In this document: piece after piece, positions 1-8,161 of the stretch | Position numbering within the stretch: position 1 is the first letter of the stretch | How the letters are laid out: each line of letters opens with the position of its first letter | Assembly: GCF_001306055.1 (NCBI RefSeq) | Contig: NZ_LGHJ01000017.1 | Location: 1-32,000 of the forward strand | DNA length: 32,000 nt | From: Bellilinea caldifistulae | GTDB taxonomy: Bacteria; Chloroflexota; Anaerolineae; Anaerolineales; Anaerolineaceae | Direction: 5' to 3' | Notes under the pieces: generated by a model | What the model was told of the DNA's origin: nothing | What the model saw: only the letters and a program-made list of their open reading frames with translations | Database searches by the model: none | Made by a program: the position numbers and the translations under genes

Positions 1-149
1 TGGAGGTGAAGAGGTCAAATCAAGATACACAGCCCCTTTGTTTTAGGGTGGATACCCCATCGAGTGCGGCTTTTCCACCCCTCAAACAGTCTGCTCGGCG
101 TATTACGCTTGATTTTTCAACTCTCTCTGAGGGCTGCCAGTTTTCGAGC

Positions 150-1790
150 TTAACCTTCCTTGAAGGCCACAAAGCGGCCCCACATGGATTCGGCTTCCAT
201 GGCTTTCTGTACAAAACAGCCAATGTAGTAGCGTCCACTGGGAGCATCCGCAATCTGGTAGCCAAGGTTCTCGGCATGCACGATCTTCTTGGGGAAGAGA
301 TTGAGGTGCATGTCTTGATAGTACTGATCGAGCGGGAACATTTCATCCCACGACTTACCGAAGTCGCGTTTGAGTTTTTCGTTGGCTTCTTCAAATGTCT
401 TGGGATGCCAGATACGCTGAATGGTGTTCATCGGGTGGTCGGCAGCAACGCAGTCCACACCAATCCATTTGATTTTCTTTTCGGCAGCCCATTGAGCAAA
501 ATCAGCGGAGGGGCCGGGGTGCTTGATCATGTAGCGGAACTCGTCCGAATCCGGGCTGATCCAGCCGTATTTATACCAGCCGGTCTTGATGATCAGGATA
601 TCGCCTTCGCGCACTTCAACGACCTTTTCGATCATCTCTGGCGAATACACGCTGGAATTGCTGACCATGCCGGAAATATCGGCAATCACACCCGGGCCGA
701 CCCACTCTTCCAGCGGCACCTGACCAATGGTGCGCCCGTTCGGGTAAAAGTGCTTTTCGCCATCCATGTGGGTTGCGAGGTGAATCGAGGCATTGCAGAT
801 CGAGCCGTTGCGCGCCATGCCGTAGTGAGCGCCGCCAACCCGCTTGAAGTACTTGACCGTCAGCGGCTCGTAATTGGCCCACTGTGGCGAACGTACCGAG
901 AACGGCACCGTCATGTCAATCATCTGGGCGCGGTCCATCGCCTCGTAGAATTCTTTTTCTTCCATCCACTCGGGCGGTTGATAAGCCACCACGCGCGCCC
1001 AGGCGGTTTCCACTTCCATGAAGGGGATTGGCATCACGGCAATCCATGCCCGCTGATTCTTGAGTTTATCAATGTCACCGACTATCGATTCGACAAACAG
1101 CAGATGATTCTTGGGCAGGGTAATATGAGTCATCTCATAGTACCAGTCCTGTGGGAACATTTCATCCCACGTCTTGCCGTATTCTTTAATCAATTTGGCT
1201 TCAGCCTTCTTGAACTCGTTTTCGTGCAGCCGGCGGATGGGGGTGTTCATCGGGTGTTCGGCGCAACCGCAATCCACACCGATCCACTTCAGCTTCATGT
1301 CCAGCGCCCACTGGAAGAACTCCGGTGAGGGACCGGGATGCCGTACCAGGAAACCAAACTCTTTGGATTCAACCCCGCCTTGAGCGTTCGGGTTATACAC
1401 ATCCGGTTGGTCCCATGAGTAGCGGTGATAACCGGTGTTGATGATCAGAATATCGCCTTTGCGCACATCGGCTTTCTTCATGATCATTTCCGGGGTGTAG
1501 AGGCTGTAATCCGAAACCATGTCGGAAATATCCACTACCACACCCTGACCGCACAGGTCGCTCAAGGGGATGTCGGAAATTGCCCGCCCGCCGGAATGAA
1601 AGGCCGTTTCACCGACCAGATGGGTGCCAACCGTGTTCGACCAGTTCAAAATCTGACCGTTAGCGCCAGCTCCGCCGCCATACGCGCCGGTTACCCGTTT
1701 GAAGAAATGAACTTCCAGGGCTTTATCGCCGGGGAAAGGCGGTGTGAAGATACTGCATCCCTGAGTCAGATCATATAATTTGGCTTCCGC
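150..1790 (-). repeat. Intragenic tandem duplication, period 819 bp (273 codons)
   Basis: Identical strings recur exactly 819 nt apart and in frame: GGGAACATTTCATCCCACG at 334 and 1153; GGTGTTCATCGGGTG at 423 and 1242. Confidence 0.8.
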
Positions 1791-1820
1791 CATCATTTTG
1801 ACAAACTTTTCACGATCCAT
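150..1820 (-). CDS. Internally duplicated putative cyclase / arylformamidase-family protein (two cyclase-like domains in one chain)
   Basis: ORF 150..1871. The two halves are homologous (HPGPSPEFFQWALDMKLKWIGVDCGCAEHPMNT vs HPGPSADFAQWAAEKKIKWIGVDCVAADHPMNT). The C-terminal half keeps an HxxxHxDxxxH motif (HLATHMDGEKH) typical of kynurenine-formamidase-like cyclases. Start placed at ATG 1820, with GGAGTGGAGGG about 7 nt upstream, rather than TTG 1871, which would overlap the upstream gene. Confidence 0.8.
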   Translation of the reverse strand: MDREKFVKMMAEAKLYDLTQGCSIFTPPFPGDKALEVHFFKRVTGAYGGGAGANGQILNWSNTVGTHLVGETAFHSGGRAISDIPLSDLCGQGVVVDISDMVSDYSLYTPEMIMKKADVRKGDILIINTGYHRYSWDQPDVYNPNAQGGVESKEFGFLVRHPGPSPEFFQWALDMKLKWIGVDCGCAEHPMNTPIRRLHENEFKKAEAKLIKEYGKTWDEMFPQDWYYEMTHITLPKNHLLFVESIVGDIDKLKNQRAWIAVMPIPFMEVETAWARVVAYQPPEWMEEKEFYEAMDRAQMIDMTVPFSVRSPQWANYEPLTVKYFKRVGGAHYGMARNGSICNASIHLATHMDGEKHFYPNGRTIGQVPLEEWVGPGVIADISGMVSNSSVYSPEMIEKVVEVREGDILIIKTGWYKYGWISPDSDEFRYMIKHPGPSADFAQWAAEKKIKWIGVDCVAADHPMNTIQRIWHPKTFEEANEKLKRDFGKSWDEMFPLDQYYQDMHLNLFPKKIVHAENLGYQIADAPSGRYYIGCFVQKAMEAESMWGRFVAFKEG

Positions 1821-1848
1821 TTTTTCCCTCCACTCCTGATCAAAAGGT

Positions 1849-3093
1849 TTAGATGCCGTACTTGTCGGCAAAGGCGATCAAAGCATCCTCAAATGCCGAC
1901 ATGGGCATACTCACCACACCCGCGCCAACCTGGCCAACACCGGGATCTTTGTGGGCTACACCCGTATTGACACGCGGCGGAAGTTGTTTTTCCACCACTT
2001 TACGGATATCCACGCCGGTGGGTGTGCCGCGGAAATCCAGATAGGGGATGGTGTAGTATTTATGCTCGGCGGTAGTAATCTCGTACATATCCAATGTGGT
2101 GCGAATGGCATCCTGCGCTGTACCGCCGATGAAAGTCACAATCGCCGGGGCGGCTGCCATGGCAAAACCGCCGATACCGGTTGTTTCAGTGATCACACTA
2201 TCGCCAATGTCGGGGTTGGCGTCTTTCTCGGTAAAGCCGGCAAAATACAGGGCTTTTACATGCGGGGCGGGTGCGGTAAACCAGCGGTCGCCCAAACCGC
2301 TGACTTTCAAACCAAAATCTGTACCATTGCGTCCCATAATCGACACAACCGTACTGCCTTCGACGCCATGGGCGGCCATTGAAGCGGTTTTACAGCCTGC
2401 CATCACGGGGTTCAAGATAGTGAGCGCATTTTCGCCCATGAACTTCAACACATCGAAGGCAATATCAGAGTTCTTAGCAACTTTCGAAACATGCGGTGCC
2501 AGCACAGTGGTAAACAAAATTGAAGCCGCATCAAGCCGGTTGTGGCCGTCATCACCCATGTGCAGCGCCTTGCCCAATAGGGAGCGCAGATCAACGCCGC
2601 CACTGTTTTTCAAGGCAGCATCCACCGTTGGGCCAAACACCTCGTTTAGCCAGCGCATGCGTTGAATGACATCCTCGCTGTAAGCACCCATCCGCATCAC
2701 CTTGCCGCGCCCCTCGTTGAGCCCGGAAAAGGCTTTATTGCCAAATACCTGATCTTCAACGATGTAAACCATCATTTCAGGCGAAATCACTCCCGCCATC
2801 GGGCCCACCGAAGCGTAATCATGACACGGGGCGAATTTGAACTTACCGGAGGCCAGCATGGCTTCGGCTTCTTTAGCATCCTTAGCCTTGCCCTCAAACA
2901 GCAGGGCGCCGATCATGTTGCCCTTCATCGGGCCAGCCATCCGCTCCCAGGTCACTGGCGGGCCAGCGTGCAGTAAAAGATCATCGGTCATGCCGGGAAT
3001 GACTTCTTTGGCTGGGGCTACCCCAACCACCACCGGCCGGGCTTCCATCATATTTTCAACCGCTTTTCTATTGGCATCTTCAATATTGATCAT
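1849..3093 (-). CDS. DUF1116 family protein (YlbE/AllG-like)
   Basis: 414-aa ORF. Its length and its position directly downstream of fdrA match E. coli ylbE. GGAGGAGG RBS lies upstream of ATG 3093. The family call is from recalled similarity and gene context. Confidence 0.75.
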   Translation of the reverse strand: MINIEDANRKAVENMMEARPVVVGVAPAKEVIPGMTDDLLLHAGPPVTWERMAGPMKGNMIGALLFEGKAKDAKEAEAMLASGKFKFAPCHDYASVGPMAGVISPEMMVYIVEDQVFGNKAFSGLNEGRGKVMRMGAYSEDVIQRMRWLNEVFGPTVDAALKNSGGVDLRSLLGKALHMGDDGHNRLDAASILFTTVLAPHVSKVAKNSDIAFDVLKFMGENALTILNPVMAGCKTASMAAHGVEGSTVVSIMGRNGTDFGLKVSGLGDRWFTAPAPHVKALYFAGFTEKDANPDIGDSVITETTGIGGFAMAAAPAIVTFIGGTAQDAIRTTLDMYEITTAEHKYYTIPYLDFRGTPTGVDIRKVVEKQLPPRVNTGVAHKDPGVGQVGAGVVSMPMSAFEDALIAFADKYGI

Positions 3094-3137
3094 GATCCTC
3101 CTCCAAAAAATTTTCTGGGTGATTCTGTCAAATCATC

Positions 3138-4880
3138 TCAACTGGCGGAAAGTTTTTTCATCCGCTCCAAAATGCTGGCCAGTTTTTCGTTACCACCAGC
3201 CGGTGGCCGCCAATCTACCTGGATAACAGGGGTTTCCTGAGCGGTGAGATTTTCGGCAAACGATTCGAGCCCGACATTGAAGGCTTTGACCGGCTTTTTA
3301 AGTATTTCCAAATCCACCGGTGCAGCCGACGACTGCGCTTCATCCAGCGGCTGGTTGAGCGCCTGGATAATTTGACCGGCATAGCGTACGGCGGCTTCAT
3401 TGCTGGTTTCCACCCACGCTCCGCCCTGTTTCAACTGGCGGATTTGATGACTGAGTTTTTGCGGGTCTTCCTCCGTACCTGTGCAAACGACCACCACTTC
3501 CAGATAGCGCCCGGCTTTTTCGGCTTTGGCTTTGGCTTTGGCTTCGGCAATCGCCGGGCCAAGTTCGCTGGCCGGGTCGGGATGCGAACCGAAACCAATC
3601 ACCACATCCATCAAAATCACCGCCACCTCGGGGTCATTCGCCTCCTCCATCAAACGCCGAATACGCAGGTCGTTATCCATCATCGGGTGCAGGCGGCCGA
3701 CCGTGAACTCGTCTTCGCCCAGGTCTACAATGGTATGCTCAACGCTCACCAGCGAGTCTTTGAGTTTGTTCTCCTTGTTGATGGGCGCATTGGCATACAC
3801 TTTTGGCACATATTCGGTCAGCAGGTGCTGGGCCTCGTAAGCCAGTGTGCCGCCGGAAAACAGACCCCGCAGGTATTTTTGGCCGGGGGCAAATCGTTCC
3901 AGTTTCAGATCCGGTTCGACCTCCAGCACGGGCGGGCTTTTAGCAAGCTCAACTGCCAGCGCGGCTGCATCATCCAGCCCGGAGGCAAAAAACAAATTCC
4001 CCACCCGCCGCGAAATCGGGGTACGTCCAATAAAGTTGACCACTACCGGTTTACCGGCCTTACGCGCCACCCGCAGCACCTGATCAGCCACTTTGGGGGA
4101 AGGCGGCTTGGACACCAGCACAATCACTTTGGTATCCGGGTCACGGCTGAGAGCATCCAGCCCCATCAGGAAGGTCACGCCTCCCACTTTTTCGGAGAGA
4201 TCCCGCCCGCCCGTGCCAATTCCAAAGGTCATACCGCCACCCAGCTGGTCAATGCGGGAGGCTACCTGCTGTAAACCGGTGCCGGCGGCTGCGACCACAC
4301 CAATCGGCCCGCGCCGGACTTTGTTGGCGAAACCCAGACCGATGCCATTAATCATCGCAGTACCGCAGTCCGGACCCATGACGAGCAGACCCTTCTGAGC
4401 TGCCTCCGCTTTTAAAGAAATTTCCTCTTCAACGGGTACATTATCGCTGAAGAGGAAAACGTGCTTGTTGAGCCGTAATGCTTCGCGGGCGACACCGGCG
4501 GCATAACGGCCAGCCACCGAAATCAACACCCAGTTGGCATCCGGCATCATACTCTGGGCGCCTTCCAGACTGCGCGGCCGGTAATCCTGCTGGATGCTGG
4601 ACTTGCGCGCCGAGAGCAGCTCGTCCACTCGTTGGAGGGCATCACTGGCAGCCCGTTCATCGCCAGCTCGCACCACAATCACCAGATCATTTTCCTTGGC
4701 CTGTTCCACCTCGGTGGTTACCAGATTGACCCGAACGAGCAATTCTTTGTTCGTAGGGGTACCCATAATCACGCCGGCGTCTTCGACACCGGGCAAGTCC
4801 GCCAGTGACCGCTGCAGCTGCATCAAAACGGCTGAATCGTAGTAAACACCGCTGCGAATTTCGGCTTTAATCACGCTCAT
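3138..4880 (-). CDS. fdrA: FdrA family protein (acyl-CoA synthetase / succinyl-CoA-synthetase-alpha-like)
   Basis: 580 aa. Long collinear matches to E. coli FdrA as I recall it (SVAGRYAA...FSDNVPVEEEISLK...KGLLVMGPDCGTAMI; VIGFGSHPDPA; LAGGNEKLASILERM at the C-terminus). GGAG RBS before the ATG. Confidence 0.85.
   Translation of the reverse strand: MSVIKAEIRSGVYYDSAVLMQLQRSLADLPGVEDAGVIMGTPTNKELLVRVNLVTTEVEQAKENDLVIVVRAGDERAASDALQRVDELLSARKSSIQQDYRPRSLEGAQSMMPDANWVLISVAGRYAAGVAREALRLNKHVFLFSDNVPVEEEISLKAEAAQKGLLVMGPDCGTAMINGIGLGFANKVRRGPIGVVAAAGTGLQQVASRIDQLGGGMTFGIGTGGRDLSEKVGGVTFLMGLDALSRDPDTKVIVLVSKPPSPKVADQVLRVARKAGKPVVVNFIGRTPISRRVGNLFFASGLDDAAALAVELAKSPPVLEVEPDLKLERFAPGQKYLRGLFSGGTLAYEAQHLLTEYVPKVYANAPINKENKLKDSLVSVEHTIVDLGEDEFTVGRLHPMMDNDLRIRRLMEEANDPEVAVILMDVVIGFGSHPDPASELGPAIAEAKAKAKAEKAGRYLEVVVVCTGTEEDPQKLSHQIRQLKQGGAWVETSNEAAVRYAGQIIQALNQPLDEAQSSAAPVDLEILKKPVKAFNVGLESFAENLTAQETPVIQVDWRPPAGGNEKLASILERMKKLSAS
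3522..3545. repeat. Hexanucleotide microsatellite (GGCTTT)x3 + GGCTTC inside fdrA
   Basis: ggctttggctttggctttggcttc. On the minus strand it encodes the AKAKAKAE(K) linker of FdrA. It stays in frame. Confidence 0.9.
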
Positions 4881-5112
4881 GTTTCACTCCTATTCCTGGA
4901 ATCATCCAAATAACCGAACAGAAATAAGCTCCTGTCGGTTGATTTTGGCTGGTAAAAGTAATTTGAAAATCCATTTTCAGTCTGTGCCTGAAAAGGGAAT
5001 GCCTTTTGGTGTGATGTTTTGCTTCGCTTTTGGGTTTCAGCTTTTGTATGGGTAGAGGAAAACTCGGCAGAGTTCTGGCCGGGAAAAGAAATGTTTGACA
5101 ACTGACAAATTG

Positions 5113-5141
5113 AGTATAGCACTTCAGGATAATCGAGTCAA
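5113..5141 (-). promoter_or_regulatory. Sigma70-like promoter for the fdrA operon (TTGACT-17-TATACT)
   Basis: Minus strand reads TTGACT cgattatcctgaagtgc TATACT, with an exact 17-nt spacer. It lies about 230 nt upstream of the fdrA ATG. Confidence 0.45.
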
Positions 5142-5173
5142 TTGGGGTAATTTCATCATGATGACTGTTTCAA

Positions 5174-5208
5174 CCGGTCTGACCCGTTTTTGGAACAGGT
5201 CAGACCGG
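5174..5208 (-). terminator. Perfect 11-bp hairpin downstream of the GNAT-like gene (possible terminator, no clear U-tract)
   Basis: CCGGTCTGACC (5174-5184) and GGTCAGACCGG (5198-5208) flank a 13-nt loop, 20 nt after the stop of the 5228..5881 CDS. Confidence 0.3.
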
Positions 5209-5227
5209 CACACTACACCCAGCAACT

Positions 5228-5881
5228 TTAAAGTTCAAGAGTTTCCGGCACGCGCAGTACCGCGTTGGCCTTGCGCACTTCTTCCGGCACATCGAAGTTC
5301 AGGTCATTACCGACCGCATCTACCAGATATTGCTTAAGCTGGATATTCCAGTGATCCTGATTGACGTAGAAGACTTTGGCGCCGCCCAGTTCATGCTGGT
5401 ATTCCGGCCACGGTTTGGTGGGTTGCGCCATTGCCAAACCGGCCATCCGCCAGCCATTGTAACTTTCGAAAGTTGACCACCACTCCTTGGCTTTGCAGAT
5501 TTCCATGGCGTAGTAGGTTTTGGCGTAGTACATTGCCCAGCCGACCCGTCCGCGGCGCGAAAAGGCCATCGTGTGCAGACTGATAGCAAGGTCTTTGTTC
5601 CAGAAACGTCCGTTGGCAAAACCAACAAATTCACCGTCAATCAAACCGAGAATAGTGAAAGCATCCTTGATGCGTTTGCGTTTGACCGCCAGAATTTCGC
5701 CATAGACGCGCACACCGACAATGTCATAAAAATCTTTTTCGACCTTCATCACCCGTTCCATGAAACCGAGCAGAGTGGGGATGTCATCCTCGGTCATTGA
5801 GCGCAGGTAAAGGGTGCGGCCGTCTTTGAGTTGGAAAGTCGCTTCCGGCCATGGCGGTAATTGCATGGGATAACCCTGCAA
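5228..5881 (-). CDS. GNAT-family N-acetyltransferase-like protein (tentative)
   Basis: 217 aa. The opening LRSMTEDDIPTLLGFM is GNAT-like, and RRGRVGWA fits the Q/RxxGxG/A acetyl-CoA loop. The start is ambiguous: TTG 5881 (GAGG 5 nt upstream) or ATG 5866. Confidence 0.5.
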   Translation of the reverse strand: MQGYPMQLPPWPEATFQLKDGRTLYLRSMTEDDIPTLLGFMERVMKVEKDFYDIVGVRVYGEILAVKRKRIKDAFTILGLIDGEFVGFANGRFWNKDLAISLHTMAFSRRGRVGWAMYYAKTYYAMEICKAKEWWSTFESYNGWRMAGLAMAQPTKPWPEYQHELGGAKVFYVNQDHWNIQLKQYLVDAVGNDLNFDVPEEVRKANAVLRVPETLEL

Positions 5882-5910
5882 AATTGCCTCAACTTCGCCA
5901 ATGTCAATCG

Positions 5911-5952
5911 TTAACGTGTCAACGGATACGGGAGTTGGGGGGTAAGTTTCAT
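5911..5952 (-). CDS. Candidate 13-codon leader peptide (MKLTPQLPYPLTR)
   Basis: ATG at 5952 is preceded by AGGAG with an 8-nt spacer, and TAA is at 5911-5913. It sits inside the predicted leader of the GNAT-like gene. There is no other support. Confidence 0.2.
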   Translation of the reverse strand: MKLTPQLPYPLTR

Positions 5953-6034
5953 CTGGTCTGCTCCTAATAAAAATTTGGGATTAACGGAAGGTTTCCAGTC
6001 CTCCGGGCAAGGTTGACTCATTTGAGAGGAATGG

Positions 6035-6077
6035 AAACAAAACAACCCGCAAGGTTTTTACACCTGCTGGACGGGTT
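6035..6077 (-). promoter_or_regulatory. Terminator-like leader hairpin plus U-run (possible attenuator)
   Basis: Minus-strand RNA: AACCCG...(22 nt)...CGGGUU followed by GUUUUGUUU. It lies between the predicted promoter (6142-6170) and the sORF/GNAT start. Confidence 0.25.
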
Positions 6078-6141
6078 TTACAACTACATTGTGTGGATAT
6101 TGATGGTATTGCCTTATGAAACTGTAGGGTGAAGTACTTTT

Positions 6142-6170
6142 ATTATAGCCAATCCAAAAACCTCAGTCAA
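6142..6170 (-). promoter_or_regulatory. Sigma70-like promoter (TTGACT-17-TATAAT)
   Basis: Minus strand reads TTGACT gaggtttttggattggc TATAAT, with an exact 17-nt spacer. It is about 255 nt upstream of the GNAT-like CDS. Confidence 0.45.
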
Positions 6171-6230
6171 TAACACTTGTAATTTTAGCGTCGGATAATT
6201 GTCATACAAATTATCGTCTATTGGCTGGGG

Positions 6231-6872
6231 TCAAGGCCGGCGGATGGCCAGTTGACCCTCGATGATTTCGCTCAAATAAGCCAGAGAAGGCGGCCCGAAG
6301 ATTTTTTCACCGTTCAGCCAGAAGGCCGGGGTAACGCTGAAGCCATTTTCACCAGCCCGGCGCATGTCAAATTCCACCTTGCGGCGCATCTGACTCTCGT
6401 CCAGGCATTGATTGAAAATCGGCATATCCAGACCCAGCCGGGAAGCATACCCTTTCAATGCCTCCACTCCCAGTCCGGCATCCTGCTCATACAGCAGGTC
6501 ATGGTACTCCCAAAAACGCCCCTGGTTATGGGCACACTGACCGGCCTCGGCGGCTTTGATAGAAGCCGTACTTCGTCTGGCGTTATCCCGCCAGATGAAC
6601 AGCACCTGATCGGGGTAACGCTGCAACAGCCCCTCGCGCACCTGAGCGCGGTGCCACAGGCGGCAGACTTCGCAGGCGTAATCCCCATATTCAATCAAGA
6701 CAATCGCCGCATCCGGGTTGCCCAAAAAGGGGTCATCCAGGAGGCGCCGATCGGCCACCTCCGGATAATTCGGCTTTGGCAACAGGAGTACCAGTCCCAG
6801 CAAAGTAATGATCAAAATCATGACCAAAACCGCCGGGCGGCTCTTTATGGCATCCAGTAATTTGAGCGACAT
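6231..6872 (-). CDS. DsbA-family thioredoxin-fold thiol:disulfide oxidoreductase, N-terminal membrane anchor
   Basis: 213 aa. Hydrophobic anchor PAVLVMILIITLLGLVLLL, CxxC motif (YACEVC), GGAGA RBS 8 nt before the ATG. Confidence 0.75.
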   Translation of the reverse strand: MSLKLLDAIKSRPAVLVMILIITLLGLVLLLPKPNYPEVADRRLLDDPFLGNPDAAIVLIEYGDYACEVCRLWHRAQVREGLLQRYPDQVLFIWRDNARRSTASIKAAEAGQCAHNQGRFWEYHDLLYEQDAGLGVEALKGYASRLGLDMPIFNQCLDESQMRRKVEFDMRRAGENGFSVTPAFWLNGEKIFGPPSLAYLSEIIEGQLAIRRP

Positions 6873-6947
6873 GGTAATTTCTCCGTAAAATTACATCCTG
6901 TTTGTTTTTTAGATGCCAGAACGGCCGTTTTTCTTACCCAAAGACCA

Positions 6948-6975
6948 TTGACAATTCAATAAAGGTTCATAAAAT
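6948..6975 (+). promoter_or_regulatory. Sigma70-like promoter (TTGACA-16-TAAAAT) for the IclR-like gene
   Basis: ttgaca at 6948-6953, taaaat at 6970-6975. This would give a very short leader to ATG 6995. Confidence 0.35.
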
Positions 6976-7002
6976 TATACCTGAGTATAAATATATGAAC
7001 AA
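6974..7002 (-). promoter_or_regulatory. Possible divergent promoter (TTGTTC-17-TATAAT) for the DsbA-like gene
   Basis: Minus-strand TATAAT at 6974-6979 overlaps the plus-strand -10 element. The -35 is weak at 6997-7002. Confidence 0.25.
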
Positions 7003-8161
7003 TAATTTTCAAAAGGACTCGCTGGTTTCTACCGCCGAACGCACCCTCAAACTGGTTGAATTATTCCTCAACCATTCTGAGGGATTGACCCCCCAGGAAA
7101 TTCTGCCTCATTTGGGGATTTCTCGCGGCGCATTGTTCTTGCTGCTGCGCACCCTAAAAAACGCCGGTTACCTCGAACAAAGCGAACGGCGCGGGCGTTA
7201 TCGAGCCGGATCTCGTTTAGCCGCCTGGCGCACCACCAGCAGCGAGTTTCACCAAAATCTGATGGATGCTTTCTATCAGGAAGTCCGTCACCACCCCTGC
7301 TCGGAAACCCTGCTCATCACGGTGCCTGCCGCTCCAGGTGTGCTGACATTGGCACAGGTCGAAAGCCGCCAAACCGTCCGCAGTGCCTATCCGGTTGGAG
7401 AAGTGATTGGCATCCCCAGCCCTGCCGAAGACATCTTCCAATCGCCGCCAGCGGTCTCGGTCCTGCGCAACGGCTATTCGCTGAAACGCTCAAACGAGAT
7501 TATCGAACTGGCTCTACCGGTTTGCCCGGACGGGATTCATCCTCAAGCCGCCCTGCTGCTCAGTGCGCCAGCCTTTCGCTGGACGGAAGAGACCCTCGTC
7601 CAACAATGGCTGGCCGAATTGCGCGCTCTGGCTGCGCGGCTCTCCTACCGTCTTGGGGCTGCCACCTACACCCCCTATCAGGTTCAGCAGCCCGGCCAGT
7701 TGCCCGCCGAAGCTCCCCTGAATCCTCAGGAAATCCGCCGCTTTTTACAGGGGCCCTGGACCGCGCGGCTGGCCTGCCTGCGTCCTGACGGCAAGCCGCA
7801 TGTCATCCCGGTCTGGCAGGAGTGGGACGGCAAGGCTTTTTACCTGATCGCCTGGCGGGGTTCGCTGTGGGCTGAATACCTGCTCAACAACCCGGAAGCC
7901 TCGCTGACAATTGACGAACCCTGGCCGCCGCTGCGCCGGGTTTCTGCCCGCGGTAAAGCCTTTCCTCTGCCTCTTGGTAAGGACGACCCGCAATTGAACG
8001 ACCTTTTACGCCGCCTTTCCGAGCGTTACCTCGGTGAAGCCGCCCTCGCCCCTTCCACTGAACAGATTCAACAGGTCTTTCAAATCATTCCCGAAACCCT
8101 GCGCGGCTGGAAAGGTCTGCTAACTGCCCAATCGCCCAAAGATGAGGTTACTGCTCCATGA
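6995..8161 (+). CDS. Fusion regulator: IclR-type winged-HTH N-terminus plus C-terminal pyridoxamine-5'-phosphate-oxidase-like (PNPOx/FMN- or F420-binding split-barrel) domain
   Basis: N-terminus TAERTLKLVELFLNHSEGLTPQEILPHLGISRGALFLLLRTLKNAGYLEQ is IclR-HTH-like. C-terminus WTARLACLRPDGKPHVIPVWQEWDGKAFYLIAWRGSLWAEYLLNNPEASLTIDE is PNPOx-like. ATG 6995 was chosen over TTG 6902 because the predicted promoter lies inside the longer ORF. Confidence 0.65.
   Translation: MNNNFQKDSLVSTAERTLKLVELFLNHSEGLTPQEILPHLGISRGALFLLLRTLKNAGYLEQSERRGRYRAGSRLAAWRTTSSEFHQNLMDAFYQEVRHHPCSETLLITVPAAPGVLTLAQVESRQTVRSAYPVGEVIGIPSPAEDIFQSPPAVSVLRNGYSLKRSNEIIELALPVCPDGIHPQAALLLSAPAFRWTEETLVQQWLAELRALAARLSYRLGAATYTPYQVQQPGQLPAEAPLNPQEIRRFLQGPWTARLACLRPDGKPHVIPVWQEWDGKAFYLIAWRGSLWAEYLLNNPEASLTIDEPWPPLRRVSARGKAFPLPLGKDDPQLNDLLRRLSERYLGEAALAPSTEQIQQVFQIIPETLRGWKGLLTAQSPKDEVTAP

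Noticed and set aside
46-80. GGGTGGA...TCCACCC inverted repeat downstream of the cyclase gene
   Set aside because: It has a 21-nt loop and no U-run on the minus strand, and it is close to the window edge, so it cannot be called a terminator.
6-1328. 440-aa ORF on the + strand
   Set aside because: It is antisense to the well-supported cyclase-family CDS, has no recognisable motifs, and has the Arg/Gly/His-rich composition typical of shadow frames in GC-biased coding DNA.
3372-4274. 300-aa + strand ORF, plus several 80-100-aa ORFs between 3526 and 4842
   Set aside because: These are shadow ORFs opposite fdrA, which has strong family-level similarity.
4877-5122. 81-aa minus-strand ORF in the fdrA leader
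   Set aside because: Its start lies at or upstream of the transcription start implied by the 5113-5141 promoter. It overlaps the fdrA ATG out of frame, has no RBS and is low in complexity.
6194-6218. GATAATT-gtcataca-AATTATC inverted repeat just downstream of the DsbA-like gene
   Set aside because: The stem is AT-only, 7 bp and has no U-tract. It might be an operator or a weak terminator, but the sequence alone does not settle it.
6252-6860. 202-aa + strand ORF opposite the DsbA-like gene
   Set aside because: The minus-strand frame has a membrane anchor, a CxxC motif and an RBS. The plus frame has none of these.
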